DNA of 63,563 nucleotides, filler included, from Vannella sp. (GCA_023345925.1; 7 parts of 7 records of this genome joined end to end with filler, not necessarily neighbours in it), one strand, 5' to 3'; positions 10,816 to 22,945 are shown, counted from the whole stretch's first letter. Notes: generated by a model from the sequence alone, not told the origin. Numbers and translations: made by a program.

Positions 10816-13563
10816 ATGGACTTTCGATCTAGTTTGGAACCGCACTCGGTGTTGAACAGTTCCAATGTGGCGACGGAAGGGATTGATGTGGCTCACATCC
10901 TGGCGAACGTGGAGTTGGACTCTTCGTTTGGGTTTGAGAGGATCGCCCAGCGCATCGCTCATGACCTCCTGGCCATCGAGGGGGCTTTACAGAGCAAGAT
11001 CAGTGTCGTAACGAGAGAACTTCTGTTCTTCCACACCATCACGAAGGCCTACGAGGACCCCAAACAGCCCGTACCCTCCCGAGAAGTTGTAGGGCGGAAG
11101 GCGAAGCTCCTGTACAATATCAACAAGCTTCTCGAGACTATCAATGAAGTTAGTGATGGCTATACTGCTTGTAAGGAGACCTACCGCCAGATTGGGCCAG
11201 TTTTGAGGATGGGAGGCTATCGAAGTCTCTGTATCTGTTTCCTTGAGTCACTTGACGTCATATCAACACGTGTAAAACGTATTCAGGCACATCCTCTCGC
11301 GCTTTCAAGAGGACAGAAGCTGTGAGTGAGCCATACGGACGATTTCTGTCTAACTCCAGAGCAGAGGAACGTTGGCACGCCGAAAGTTCGCCAGGAAAGC
11401 TTCTCAAGATGATCTTGACATCTTCTCACATACATTTGCCCCTCCTTCTCCCCTGAGAGGCACCCGAGTCGCTGGGAAACTCTCCGCTTTGGAAAGTCCC
11501 ATTTCCAATCGCAAGCGCTCGAGCACTCAACCGTTGGACTCTTTGGCTATTCCAACAACAGAAGCACCAATGGTCTCTCTTAATGTCAAGAAGAAGTCCC
11601 ATCGACGGTCCAGGAGCCAGGCAACGAGGACCGTTGATCCATCCGACTTGCCGGAAATCCCACAAAATGTGCAGGAAAGCAATCAGGTCAGTTCCAGGCA
11701 ATCTCACTTATCCCATGGATACATTCCGCCGACCGCTGCCCCTGAGAGACCAATGAGAACACTCCAAACTGCCTCTGATTTGGTGGATGACTATTTTGAA
11801 CGCAAGCGAGAGGAAGTTCGTGGAAAGTTTGAGGCGGAGATTCAATCCTTAACCATCGTTCTGGAAGGTCTTCAGCGAGAGATGGCAAAGCAACTTGAAG
11901 CGATCAATCAATCTCAGGCGGATGCTCAGATTCAGATGAATGATTCAGAGGGAGGGTTTAATGCAGAGGAGCATTTTTCCTCCCAGTTTTGCCCAAAATC
12001 TCAGTTTATTCTCGCAGATCTTCGAACTCAGCTGCTTCTTTGCTCCTCTATCAAACCTGGACAACTCTTTAATAACTTGGAGGAACTTTACAAGGCACAT
12101 CCTGAAGTAGATCCGGATGCCATCCTTGTGGCTGCTCATTTAGGCTACGAAAAGGACAAAAGTATGATGGAATACAGCAAAAAGATGAAAGTGATATACT
12201 GCGCAGTCAATGACTCCTTCCATGTCAAAGCCCGCCTCAATGCAGCAACAGTCAAGAGAATGAAGTTTTCCGCTTCTGCTGCTTACCATATGGTGGCTGG
12301 AAAGAGCACCCAAGAGCGTTACGCTGACTTACGAAAGGCACTTGATGTGAACTTTGTGAGAGACGTCTGGGATTTGCTTGAAGACCCCTTTACGAACTTC
12401 TTTGCTACCCAGCTTGGCTTCGCGCCGGCAATGGAGAAAATGAAGACAAACTGCTCCCTCAGGATTCCAGTAGAGATGGCAGACATCTTCCCTGAAGGTG
12501 GCCACGAAGCTGGAGCCAAGTATCGCATCCGGTGTCGATTCATAAGTCCCGCCCAGCTCAAAGTAGACGAATCAATGATCATGAAGGCTTCTAGTCGCAG
12601 CAATTTTGCTGAATCCAACTTCGAACCTCGCCGCAGCCGTCTGCCAATGAGAAAATCTCCGGTTGACATGAGTGGGCGGATTCGGAGAGCCAGGGATAAC
12701 TCGGTTGAAACACCTCTTCACACTTCTCTGGAGGAAGTTGAAGTGATTATCATTCACATTCATGGTGGTGGCTGGGTCTCACAGTCGCCTGACCAACATC
12801 TAGCGTACTTAAGTGAATGGGCCAAAGCTTCTAATCTCCCAGCAATATCAATCGACTATTCTCTTGCACCTGAGCAACAGTTCCCCGTTTGTGTTAATGA
12901 ATGCTTCGCCATTTATAAGTGGCTCCAAGATCCTTCAAATACCAACAAGATAGGAATACGAACAAGTAGGTCTCTTTTGAGTCATCTTTCTCTCAGCCTC
13001 TTATCTTTTTGCGTCTAGAACCTGGTAAAACGCTAAGGGCTATCGTTTGCGGTGACTCTGCAGGTGGTAACTTATCCTGTGCAGTGGCAATTAGGGCGAT
13101 TCAGGAGGGAATCACTCCCCCAGTGGGACTGCTTTTACACTATCCTGCTGTTAACTTGACTCAGAGTGGATCTCTTTCTCGAATGATCTTCTGTCACGAC
13201 CCAATTCTCAACTATCAGACTACCCGTTGCGTTTTAGGGTGTTATCTCGGAGAGCGTGCGGAAGAAGCAGACACTAATCCTCTTATTTCCCCTCTTTTTG
13301 CTTCTGATGAAGTCATCGCTCAATTCCCTAACACGGTCATCTCTGTCGGAGATGTAGATCCATTGATAGATGACTCCACGGCATTTTTTGACCGCTTGCA
13401 GGGCCAAGGTGTCCATGCAGTCCTTCGTATCTTCGGAACACTTCCGCATGGATTCTTGAATCTCCCTACGCAGTTGCCTAAAGCCATCAATGCCATTAAG
13501 GATGGAGGGATCTACATGAAGTGGCTGTATGATTCCTATCAATCATCCCTCCCTGAGTGCTAA
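10816..13563 (+). CDS. Hormone-sensitive-lipase-like alpha/beta hydrolase with long N-terminal extension, 3 exons
   Basis: HIHGGG oxyanion motif, SIDYSLAPE, GDSAGGNL nucleophile, DPLIDD and LPHGF; introns at about 11321-11364 and 12966-13018. Confidence 0.85.
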
Positions 13564-13720
13564 CTTAACCGCACACTCTCTGACAAGTCACTCTACATAC
13601 AGAGCCATGCAACACACCTCCCTCTTGATCGTTCAGTGCTGAAGATGACTTCCGGCAAAAGGGATGTTGGGAACCGCGTTCAAGAGGAATTGGGGCTTAA
13701 AATTAGTTTAGTTTCAAAGA

Positions 13721-13820
13721 NNNNNNNNNNNNNNNNNNNNNNNNNNNNNNNNNNNNNNNNNNNNTTAATTAATTAANNNNNNNNNNNNNNNNNNNNNNNN
13801 NNNNNNNNNNNNNNNNNNNN
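13721..13820. other. Artificial contig linker
   Basis: N44-TTAATTAATTAA-N44 (stops in all six frames). Confidence 0.99.
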
Positions 13821-13927
13821 CCCTCTTACTCTAATCTTTCGATAAACTATCATTTCTTCAACCAACTGATCTGATGTACTCTCTAGATTGTGGGAATCCC
13901 TTTCTCATCTTTATAACACAAACCGAA

Positions 13928-16481
13928 TCAAACTGGTGTCTTCCGTAGTTGGTATTCGCGGGGGAGAGTGCTTCGCTGGAAGCGGTTAAACTTAAATTTT
14001 TGTTTGCCAATGTTGCGGAACGCATTTTCTCGTCTCACTCCCCGACTTCGTAAGGCGTTAGCCACCTTCAAAATCATTGCAGCCGACAATGCCACTCTGT
14101 TCATTATTAGCACCATGGCAGAGAATGGGTGCGTGCAATACTCACTGCTTCTGGAGGAAACGGGCCTGTTCCCAAGTAATTGACATGGAAGTTCGGTCTT
14201 TGGCACTCTTGCAGGATGTGAGGCGGAGACCGCCGATCCCCCTTACAAAGTCAGCGACTGAGGGCAAAATCTCGACATTCTTTTCGTTTTTTGATGTTTC
14301 AACCACATATTTGATCTATCAGAGGTCAGTTTTGACCGAATTGAACGGGTAAGAGAGAATCTACCTTGGAAATGATTGCAGATAACTCAGAGTTGTCTTG
14401 ATTTGGTTTTGCTGCGGTCTGGAAGCTCAACCACATATTGTAGAAGTTCTGGAGGATGGAAATATTCTCTAAATTGATATTCTCTTGCAGTTTTGTCTCT
14501 CCAAGGCGGATAGCAACGGTTTGATGTTCGTTGATTCCTTGGGTAAACATAACCGCGTGGATGGGAATGAGTTGGCTTCGCACTGAATCAGGAAGCTCGT
14601 CGAAGTAATCGAGCTTCCACTCAATGAGATAGTCGCGCATCAAGCCAGCGTTGGTGTACTGATTTTCCACATGTGTGACAGTAACTTCAGGGAGAAACGA
14701 TATGCGCGGATTAATTGTACCCTCTCCTGGGGGAATGAAACGCAAATGGAAGTAACTCAATAGGTGGACAGCCGCATCCATATCACCAATCATCCCATTC
14801 TCTCCTCCGTGGGTGCTTAGAAGGCACTCGAATTGCACTAAGAGACCACAACTAGATAGCTGCTCAAAAAACTCTGTAGGAGGAGGAGGAATCGAAGAAA
14901 GTTTCAGTGCCAAAGCAGTGACCAGACCAGCAACTGCATGAGGTACACAAACATCAACACGGCTCTGGATCTGTTCATTGACATCTAGAAGCCTTGGAAA
15001 GTCGTTAATTCAGAAACTATGATGGGAGAGATGGCTTACTGTTCCTGGAGATCTCCGCTCAGGCCCCGAGAGAGGGCTTCTTCTAGTTTCGCCCGCTGTT
15101 CAATGAGTTGCCGAATGCCAGTGCCGTTCTTGAAGCGATAAATGTGGGCAGCTGGCGCTCCAAATGTGACATGAGTGAACTGGCAAATGGGCTTTGTGAA
15201 TTTTTCGTCCTCTGCGACTTCCATGTACTGCTGTTGCATGTTGACAGGGACGAATTGAAGTTCTGGCGACTTGCGGTAAGTTGAAGGCCGGAAAGTAAGC
15301 CCGGCATAGTCCCCTTGACAAGTCACATATTGTTGATAGATAGTGAGAGCCTTTGAAATCATGTCTAGGTGCTGCAGCTTGTTCTCATAAAGAGCCTTAT
15401 TGAAGGCATTCGAACTCGTTCCAAGTCCAAATTCTCGCAATTGTTGTCTTCTGACACTCTGCCACAGGCTGAGCAGCTGAAACGGCACCACAAAGGCAAA
15501 TGGAGACTCTTTGAGAGTATCTCGCACGTAAATGTGATGTTGGTTGATTAAGAAAACGTAATCCTTTTGAATGGAATTAAAGATTCCAAAGCCAGTTGGT
15601 GCTGCAACTTCTTCCGGCTCTTTCTCTTCAACAGTATCATGGTCGCCAATTGGATAGCAGAATTCCCACTCATTCGTATCGAAACGAATTGTAACAGCAT
15701 TAGTTGGTTCGTCAAGAAACGCCAACTCAGCTTGTTGCACTTCACGATGTAAGAAATCGACAAGATTGAAAAAATAGATGATGTGAGGAAGTTGTCTCGA
15801 AGGAAAACAAGCATGGCTCTTTGATTAGCCCCAAAATCCTTCCAAAAAAGACTGAAAATCTTTGGAAGAAACACTTTCCGCTGATTAGACCCATTTCCCA
15901 CAGGGAAAAGATGCGAATGTGCTGACGGCAGAATGCTGTTGCTTGTAGCAACAACTGAACGTCCCATGTTGTCTTCTCACCGAGTGAGTCAAGGGAATGC
16001 AATGGAATGCTCTGAACTTACAGCAGTATATATGACAACAGGCGGCGAATATAGAGAGCCAATATTCAAGGCAAAATTGATCAGGCAGTGAGCCTGAGTA
16101 AGAGCAAACGGGGTTCTAGGATCATTTATCTCAGGCGAGAGTATAACTAGCAAGCGGGTTAGTCTCTATTTGATCTCTCTATCATGACATGTTACCTTTG
16201 AGCCAAGAAATACATCCCTTTGTACTGGTTTCCCACTGTAGTGTACACAAGAACATCACTAAACAGGTAGAATATGCGGTCTTTCTCCTGGTGCCAGGCC
16301 GTCTTCCGTTTCTTGACTGGACCACACTTAAGGCACTCACGGCTGGACCCAATCCACTGGATATGGGGCGGGAGATCTTTGGAACCAATGAAGCTTTCTG
16401 CAACAACGAGAACGGGATCATGCACGTCGATTCGTTACGATTGTCGATGAGCGACCGTGGGCACACTCCCCGGAACTCCAT
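13928..16481 (-). CDS. Inositol polyphosphate 4-phosphatase (INPP4 family), multi-exon; probable N-terminal PH domain, 5' exons uncertain
   Basis: GLLVQFECLLSTHGGENGMIGDM, FTQGINEHQT and the catalytic CX5R motif TSCKSAKDRTSMSIT (about 14180-14225), then RSRGVRRENAFRN. Exons from about 15820 to 13928 splice cleanly. Confidence 0.8.
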
Positions 16482-16489
16482 TTCCCTCC

Positions 16490-16640
16490 ACCTGAACCGG
16501 CTGCGGGCCCTTCCAGGGGACCGTTGCGGGTGTGGGTTGGTCGTTCTTGTGACCGAGACCGAGTTGACCTTTGCTGTTCTCTCCAAAAGCCAAAAGGTCC
16601 CCTTCGGAGAGGAGGAGCGTGTGGTTGCCAGAGGCATCCT
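16490..16640 (-). pseudogene. Isolated single RCC1 repeat fragment
   Basis: SGNHTLLLSEGDLLAFGENSKGQLGLGHKNDQPTP is one RCC1 blade with no further repeats. Confidence 0.5.
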
Positions 16641-16777
16641 CCTCCCTCACTGCCTTCCAATGAATGAATGAAAAGTGCAGAAATGATTCTTCTCCAGTAA
16701 TAGACCTGCGCAGCTGGCCTGGCTTCATGGATTTTTTAATTTAAAAATGAATTAATCAGTAATTACGTCTCGAGGTC

Positions 16778-19262
16778 ATGTCGGAGCAGCCGACGCTCTT
16801 GCAGCGATCTCGGGGTAGTTCTCTTCATCTTTCCCTCAATCGGAGGCGCTACTCCACCGACGGTACTAAGAAGAAAGACGGCTTCTTCTCTCGGGTCATT
16901 GCGGAGTCCCCTGGGGGTAGGTCTCTCTTCAAAGCGGGTGTTCACTCAACTTGTAAACAGCCAGTCCTCGTCAGGGGCGCGACGATGAGACCTCCATCAG
17001 CCTCCGAATACGCAACATCAACCTCGAGGAACACCTAAGAGCAAGGAGAGGCGGAGTCTCTCGCGGAAACTCCATGGTGAGCATCCGCGGTAGTCCCCTG
17101 ATTGGCTCCCGCTCCCCTCTCGAATCCATAGACCGGCAAGCTGTCTTTACCAAAGCAGTCGTTCGACTCTTCCCCCAACCAGCCCCGCGAGGATACCCTG
17201 CAAGGTGGAGCCGCGTTGCCTATCAACCATACACTGGGGACGAAACGAAGCTGGATGATCTTGTTCCTCGCTTTGGCCACGCTCTTGCGATCTTCAGAAC
17301 CACGGGAAGTACTGTAAGTACCGTTCTGAATCGGCAGGACTGTGAATGACCCTTCTAGTCGGTTCTTTCGAGTGTGGTGGCGATCCTCCCTTTGGACGAC
17401 ATCCTTCTGGAGCGAGTGAACGAGCTGGAGTTTGTTGTACGACAACCTTACGTGGTAGACAAGGATGCAGACGACTTTCAGTTCCACAGTAGCTCTGCTG
17501 CTCAAAGTGCGGAGCTTCAGGCGCTCTTCTCTCGTTGTTCCAACGAGTGTCCTCCGCCCCTCATTGAGAACTTCCCCTTTGTCATCTCTTCGTACAGTGA
17601 TCTGCCTGGTCTACGGAAGGCGAGCTTACTGTCCGATTCGGCAAAGTTCCAGGAGGTCACGAGGGATCCCAACCCTGCACGAGTGGAAGGTGAACCTGAG
17701 AGTGACTCTGAAGCTCCACTGGAGTCCACTTGGGAGATGACATCAGGGACAGGATCAGATCTGTTGGAATGGGCCTTGTTGGACTGCGCAGGAGGTCCCG
17801 AAAGCGACTCCATCTTCTTGCAAGCAGCGCTCCTGCACTATTCCATTGCTGATCGCACTGGTGCTGCTTTCATAAGCGCTTGTCAGTCTCTGTGGAAGTC
17901 CCGAAAGCCAACAGAGGCGAGCAATAAGGGACTTACGATTGAGTGGAGTGTCCTTCAGCAGAACATGGGAGAGCAGATTGCTCGTTCTTATGCTCTCCTC
18001 CCTGACAAGAGCCGTGCTCGATTCGTCAAGATGTGCAAAAAGTACATTTCAAAGAATCCTTGTTCTGTCATGAAGCAGGCTCTTCTCAACTACGAGACTG
18101 TACGTTTGCCTTTGCCTCCTTCCAACTGGCATTGCCGTGTCTAACTTCTTCTTCTTCTTCGTCCAGATCTCACGGCTGAATATGGTTTTATCATTGCATC
18201 GAAATGTGACAATCCACCCAGAATGGGATGTGGGAGAGAAGGCCATCTCGTAAGTCCTATTTTCACTCCCTCTCTGGTGGGGGCGGTTCTGATGCAGCCA
18301 GTGAAGGATTAGGAAAATGTCAAGTCAAATGCTTTCTGAACAGATTACGCTCCTCGAAGCTCTTCATCTCAGTGAGATAAGTGTCCATGAATTAATGGCC
18401 CCGAGTGCCTCTCTTGATGCCTCATCGCCTCTGAAACTTGCAACCTCTTGGTGGAACAAGGTGTGTAGATGAGCGAGAGCAGCCCATTTTCTATCCAGCT
18501 CGTTAACATCTCCCTAGATCAGCTTTTGGGTGGCGGGAGAGATCTTGAAGGAGGCAGCTCCAAAGTCACAACTGCAAATGCTCAAAAAGTTTGTCAAGAT
18601 CGCTCGCCGGCTGGAGGAGATCCGGAATTACAGTTCTTGCGCACAAGTGTTAGCCGGAATCAGCCACAATGTGGTACAAAGGCTCAAGAGACTCCAAGAG
18701 ATTATTCCTCCATCCTACCAGGAGATTATTGATGGCCTGACGACAAAGTTTTCTCATCAAGATAATTATCACAATTATCGCTCTCTCCCTCATACCAGCC
18801 CCTTTCTCCCATTCCTTGGTACGACTCTCGCCTGCAACGCCTTTCTGTGTTCTTACGTAACTTCCAGCGGTCTTCCAACGAGACGTCATCTACATAACAG
18901 AGTGCAACCCCACATACGTGAATGAGGAACGAACGCTGCTCAATGTAGAACGTCTGCGGATGCTCGCTGAGGTCTTTTCAAGGACAGGCACTCTCCATCC
19001 ACGCTACCACTTTACCTTTCCCTTTGAATCTAACCCAGACGTGGCCACTTATCTCCTCGAAAACGGCCGATACACGGAAGAGGAGTTATGGCAACTCTCT
19101 GAAAGGAGAGAACCAATGCGTTCGGGAAATGCTGATGAGGCGCAAGTGGGTGAGGATATCACACACAACGTTTTATACAAGAACAGGGCATTGAAGAAAT
19201 ACCTGAACGAGTCTTACAGTCGCCGAGAACGCCACGAGCCCCTCTCACCCGCAGTGGCCTAA
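16778..19262 (+). CDS. RasGEF (CDC25-domain) protein, multi-exon
   Basis: KKFVKIARRLEEIRNYSS..QVLAGI...VVQRLK, DNYHNYR, PFLPFLG, LLNVERLR; canonical short introns link the ORF pieces. Confidence 0.8.
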
Positions 19263-19288
19263 AACCAATCATAACTGTATTCTGCGGC

Positions 19289-20476
19289 TTACCACAGCGG
19301 GTCCCAATAGAGCAGCGTATTCTTTCCCTCAAAGGGTAGAGAACACACACGAATGTTCGGGTGTTTGCCTTGCAAATGGGCGACCAAGTCCGAGTGATTC
19401 GAAACTGCTTGGTCACTTGGCGTCCTCTTCCAAAGGTACTCTTTGGAGTAGACACAGCAGGGAATCACTGCGAAGGGCTTCTTCATGTGAAGGGCAAAGT
19501 CTACAATGGCTTCCGTAGCTTGGTCGGGATGCATTCCCACCAAACAGGAACTTTCGAGAAGTAGTTTCCGCACTTGTTGGAAGCTCCACTCTCCTTCTCT
19601 CTCCTCGTTTGGCGATGGCGCATCTGTATTGACGTGTAGTCCTTTTGAGGACCATGTAAAGTCTCGGGCTAGCTGGAACTGGTTCTTCAACTCGATAGCT
19701 CCTCGAGGTTCGTCCCAAATGGGCTGGTTCTCGCGGTACTCTCGGTATGCACGGTCGTAGTCATCTATGCTGCATTGGAGCTCTCCTTGAGGACCAGCAC
19801 CCAAGCAGAGGGCCTCCCAAAGCTTGGGTCCCCAGAACAACTTGAGATGGGAAGGTGTCTTGATGTCGCTCACCCCTCTCGGGACGGGTTGGGACGCTGC
19901 AAAGCACTGGTTTCGGTGATAGAATCCCGCAAGAAGCTTGGCATGGTATTGGCTGTAGTCCACGAACTGGCGAGGATCCACAATCGTCGAAGGACAGTCG
20001 TTTAGGTTGACCAACTCAAATGAGATGGCACCGCGTCCTCCAGCTACATCTAGCACTCCAGAGCCTTCCTTTAGTCTCTCTAGACCAAATTGTTCTATCA
20101 GCCACCTCCTAAACTCGCCAGCGCGACCTTTGTTGCGAGGATGCTTCCTCAAACGCTTCCCGTTCATGTCCCGCCGAGTTTCTTCGCTTCGGGGGCCGAA
20201 GGGAAGCTTCCGCACTGTGCTGATAGATGGATGAAGGAACTTACACTTCTCTCCGAACATGCAATGGCCCAGAGTACGCTTCCAGTGTTTACATTCCTCT
20301 CCCGTCGAGTCCGCAGTCTTTTGTTCCGCTATTTCGACAGACTCTTCCTCCTGAGGCCCTCCATTCGTTCGTGGAGGCTTCTTTGTTCCTCCCTTAACCT
20401 TCTGCTTGAGCGATCGACGCTCACCACCTTCAGCAAGCTCCTCCAACAGTCCCAAAGGCGCCCAATCTTCCTCCAT
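19289..20476 (-). CDS. CCCH zinc finger plus SAM-dependent methyltransferase-like protein
   Basis: CKHW....HCMFGEKCKFLH finger; VLDVAGGRG motif I; VGMHPDQATE..VD.A....PFAVIPCCV. Confidence 0.65.
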   Translation of the reverse strand: MEEDWAPLGLLEELAEGGERRSLKQKVKGGTKKPPRTNGGPQEEESVEIAEQKTADSTGEECKHWKRTLGHCMFGEKCKFLHPSISTVRKLPFGPRSEETRRDMNGKRLRKHPRNKGRAGEFRRWLIEQFGLERLKEGSGVLDVAGGRGAISFELVNLNDCPSTIVDPRQFVDYSQYHAKLLAGFYHRNQCFAASQPVPRGVSDIKTPSHLKLFWGPKLWEALCLGAGPQGELQCSIDDYDRAYREYRENQPIWDEPRGAIELKNQFQLARDFTWSSKGLHVNTDAPSPNEEREGEWSFQQVRKLLLESSCLVGMHPDQATEAIVDFALHMKKPFAVIPCCVYSKEYLWKRTPSDQAVSNHSDLVAHLQGKHPNIRVCSLPFEGKNTLLYWDPLW

Positions 20477-20549
20477 GACCTTAAACAATGAGCTCCGGAG
20501 CGCAGAAAGGAGGCGTAGAAGGACTATTCATGTACTCTTATATGTGTAT

Positions 20550-21062
20550 CTACTCAGAGAGGTCATAGTACATCAGCACAAAGAACTCTGGGTTGGAAGT
20601 GCCGACCGAATCGTCGCAACCTTCCACAATGACGGTCATGTTGCCGATAGAAGGGCACAGAACGTTGCTAGCGTCGCAAGAGTTCAAGCCAAGGGTGTAC
20701 TTGTACGTGCCGTCCACTTGAGAGGGAACCTGACCGCACCAAGGCTCCGTGGGCTGATAACCCCAACTGTACTCGATGCGGTCGTTCCAAACAGGACTTG
20801 TCAGCTTGAAGGTAGTCTGAGAGTAAGGTTGTAAGAAGGTAGAGGGGTTCTTGGACAGCTTCCCGTGATCAATCAGGCTCTTAGTGAGGGTCAATGTCCT
20901 GTGCAGTCATTAAGTACTCCCCAGCCGACTACAAGCTTCCTGAGAGATGCCTTACATGTTGGTATCATTTGATATCGTCCCTATCACTGTATGCGAGTAC
21001 GAAAGGCTCGAGAAAGACGCGCAAAACAGGGCCAAGAGCGCCAACGCCGTCACCGCCCGCAT
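20550..21062 (-). CDS. Small secreted protein of unknown function, 2 exons
   Basis: Signal peptide MRAVTALALLALFCASFSSLS; a GTAAG..CAG intron joins it in frame to ORF 20550..20894. Confidence 0.6.
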
Positions 21063-21114
21063 CCCAAGAAATTGTGACAATCCTGGCGGAGATGCTCTGG
21101 CCATGTCTTCCGCG

Positions 21115-22192
21115 TTAGTGGCGGAGAGCGTTTAGTGCTAACGTGGCGGCACCGATGATGCCAGCCTTCTGGTCGAAGGGAGAAGGCCGAATCACTTGGT
21201 GGAAGTCCCAGCCGAGGTACCCAGCATCGAGTTCTGTGGCTATTTGGCGGATCTTCTGGAAGAGTATGTCTCTCTGCATGATGCCGCCTCCAATGACGAT
21301 CACTTGAGGGGACACAGTCGCTGCCAGCATGAGGGACATGTGGGCGAGGTAGAATGCGGCCATGTTCCACAGCTCATCATCATCGCTGACGGATGAAAGT
21401 AGCTTAGCATCAATGTTCTTTCTCTTTGCAAGAGAAGCTGATGCCACCAAACCCTCCAGGCAGTCTCCATGGAAAGGACAAGTTCCTGTGAACTTGTCTT
21501 TCTCGTCACCCTTTGCCCGAGGTAAGCTGAGAGGGTACACTTAGCAAGAGAGGAGATACTAGAGCAGATTCGGTGGTACTTACTAGACGTGGCCAGCCTC
21601 AGGATGGAGCTTTCCATGAACTAACTGACCATGGGAGAGAATACCAACTCCCACGCCCGTTCCAACCGTTGCATACGCAAGAGATGTGATCGCTTCATCT
21701 CCTTCCTTCTGTTGGGAGAAGTAAGAGGCCATGGCAAGGGCAGCAGCGTTCACATCGGTGTCAAACCCAGCGCATTCGATCCCCAGGCCTCCGCGGATAG
21801 TCCCGAGGATATCACAGTCCTTCCATCCAACCTTTGGGGTGTTGGTAATGAACCCGTAGCTATAACAGACCATCAGTACGCGAAGATCCGGAGCGGAGAA
21901 GCTCACGTGGGACTTCCCTCTCGCAAGTCGACGGGACCGAACGAGGCGACGCCCAAAGCATCAAACCGTCTCCCTGTAGATTGAGTGTACTCCTGAAAGA
22001 AGGCCACAACGTCCGCTAAGGTCTCCACCGGCCCCCTTGTATCTATTGAGCGCGAAACCAGCAAGTTCTCTGCGCTTCCCTCAACCACAGCCACCACAAA
22101 CGTAGTCCCTCTACCTCACCCTCGTCAGCCATCGCCTCCAGAGCAGGTGAGAGCTGAGCTCACCCCGCTTCCACCGCCGCCACCAGCACCAT
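21115..22192 (-). CDS. ROK-family fructokinase, 4 exons
   Basis: VEAG/GTTFVVAV, GVASFGP, ITNTPK, DTDVNAAALA, YATVGTGVG, HPEAGH, CPFHGDCLEG, IVIGGG. Confidence 0.9.
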
Positions 22193-22572
22193 CAAGGAAG
22201 GAAGAAAGGAATGGCCATTCAGAGGCGCCTCATCCTTCATTCTTCATCCTTCGACTTGAAACTGACTGGCTTCGTTTCCGATCCACCAATGGGGGACCAT
22301 AACCGGTTATTATCCGGTTTTCGTTTGAAGATAGGAGAGAGAATTCTCACGGCACCATTCACAGAGAACGCCTCTACGGACCTTCAAGTGCGGAACAATC
22401 AGGATACACAACAACTTTGCGGCTTTGAGAGATTTCGCGGCCCCACTGAACCACGTCCGCTGACCTCCTTTGAAAGTGCTTCTAAATTCGACTGCCACTG
22501 ATCCAAATGATGTTTTTATACGTTTTTAAGAGGGCTACTCATGGAGGACTTTTCGTGTTCTGTCGCAAGTAG

Positions 22573-22680
22573 TCTGAGCGAGAAAATCCACGAGTGAAGG
22601 GGGCAGAACTCGTGTTTGCGTAGCTTGCCCTGATGACCTCCATCTCTTCAGGATAAGCTTTTGGACTGATTTCATTTTTT
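22573..22680 (-). repeat. Dispersed non-coding repeat shared with 27..61 and 42695..42760
   Basis: The reverse complement of 22615-22680 matches 42695-42760 at 52/66 nt ungapped (manual count); 22578-22593 is an exact 16-nt reverse complement of 38-53. Confidence 0.75.
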
Positions 22681-22683
22681 CAC

Positions 22684-22783
22684 NNNNNNNNNNNNNNNNN
22701 NNNNNNNNNNNNNNNNNNNNNNNNNNNTTAATTAATTAANNNNNNNNNNNNNNNNNNNNNNNNNNNNNNNNNNNNNNNNNNNN
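22684..22783. other. Artificial contig linker
   Basis: N44-TTAATTAATTAA-N44. Confidence 0.99.
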
Positions 22784-22945
22784 TTTGCCCTGTCCAGCCC
22801 GCTCTCCCTCATTCATTCACCAGCAGGAGCAGAAAGAAGAGTGCCCGCTTCCTTTGAGGCCCTTCTGCATAAGGAAAGTCCCTGTCCCTTGCTCCAGCCT
22901 CACCAAGCCCAACTGGAAGCCGCAAGCGCTCTGAGTGAATGATTT

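Noticed and set aside
13620..13688. 8-bp inverted repeat CCTCTTGA/TCAAGAGG near a contig end
   Set aside because: A single short stem with no supporting structure.
13721..13820. Recurrent TTAATTAATTAA palindrome within N runs (six times)
   Set aside because: Artificial all-frame-stop linker; it also invalidates the apparent RasGEF-Ras adjacency at 29042/29143.
22540..22670. Hammerhead ribozyme or U3 snoRNA (CTGATGA, CTGAGCGAGAA, CTGA)
   Set aside because: No GAAA positioned after stem II and no U3 box A or C'; kept only as a repeat finding.
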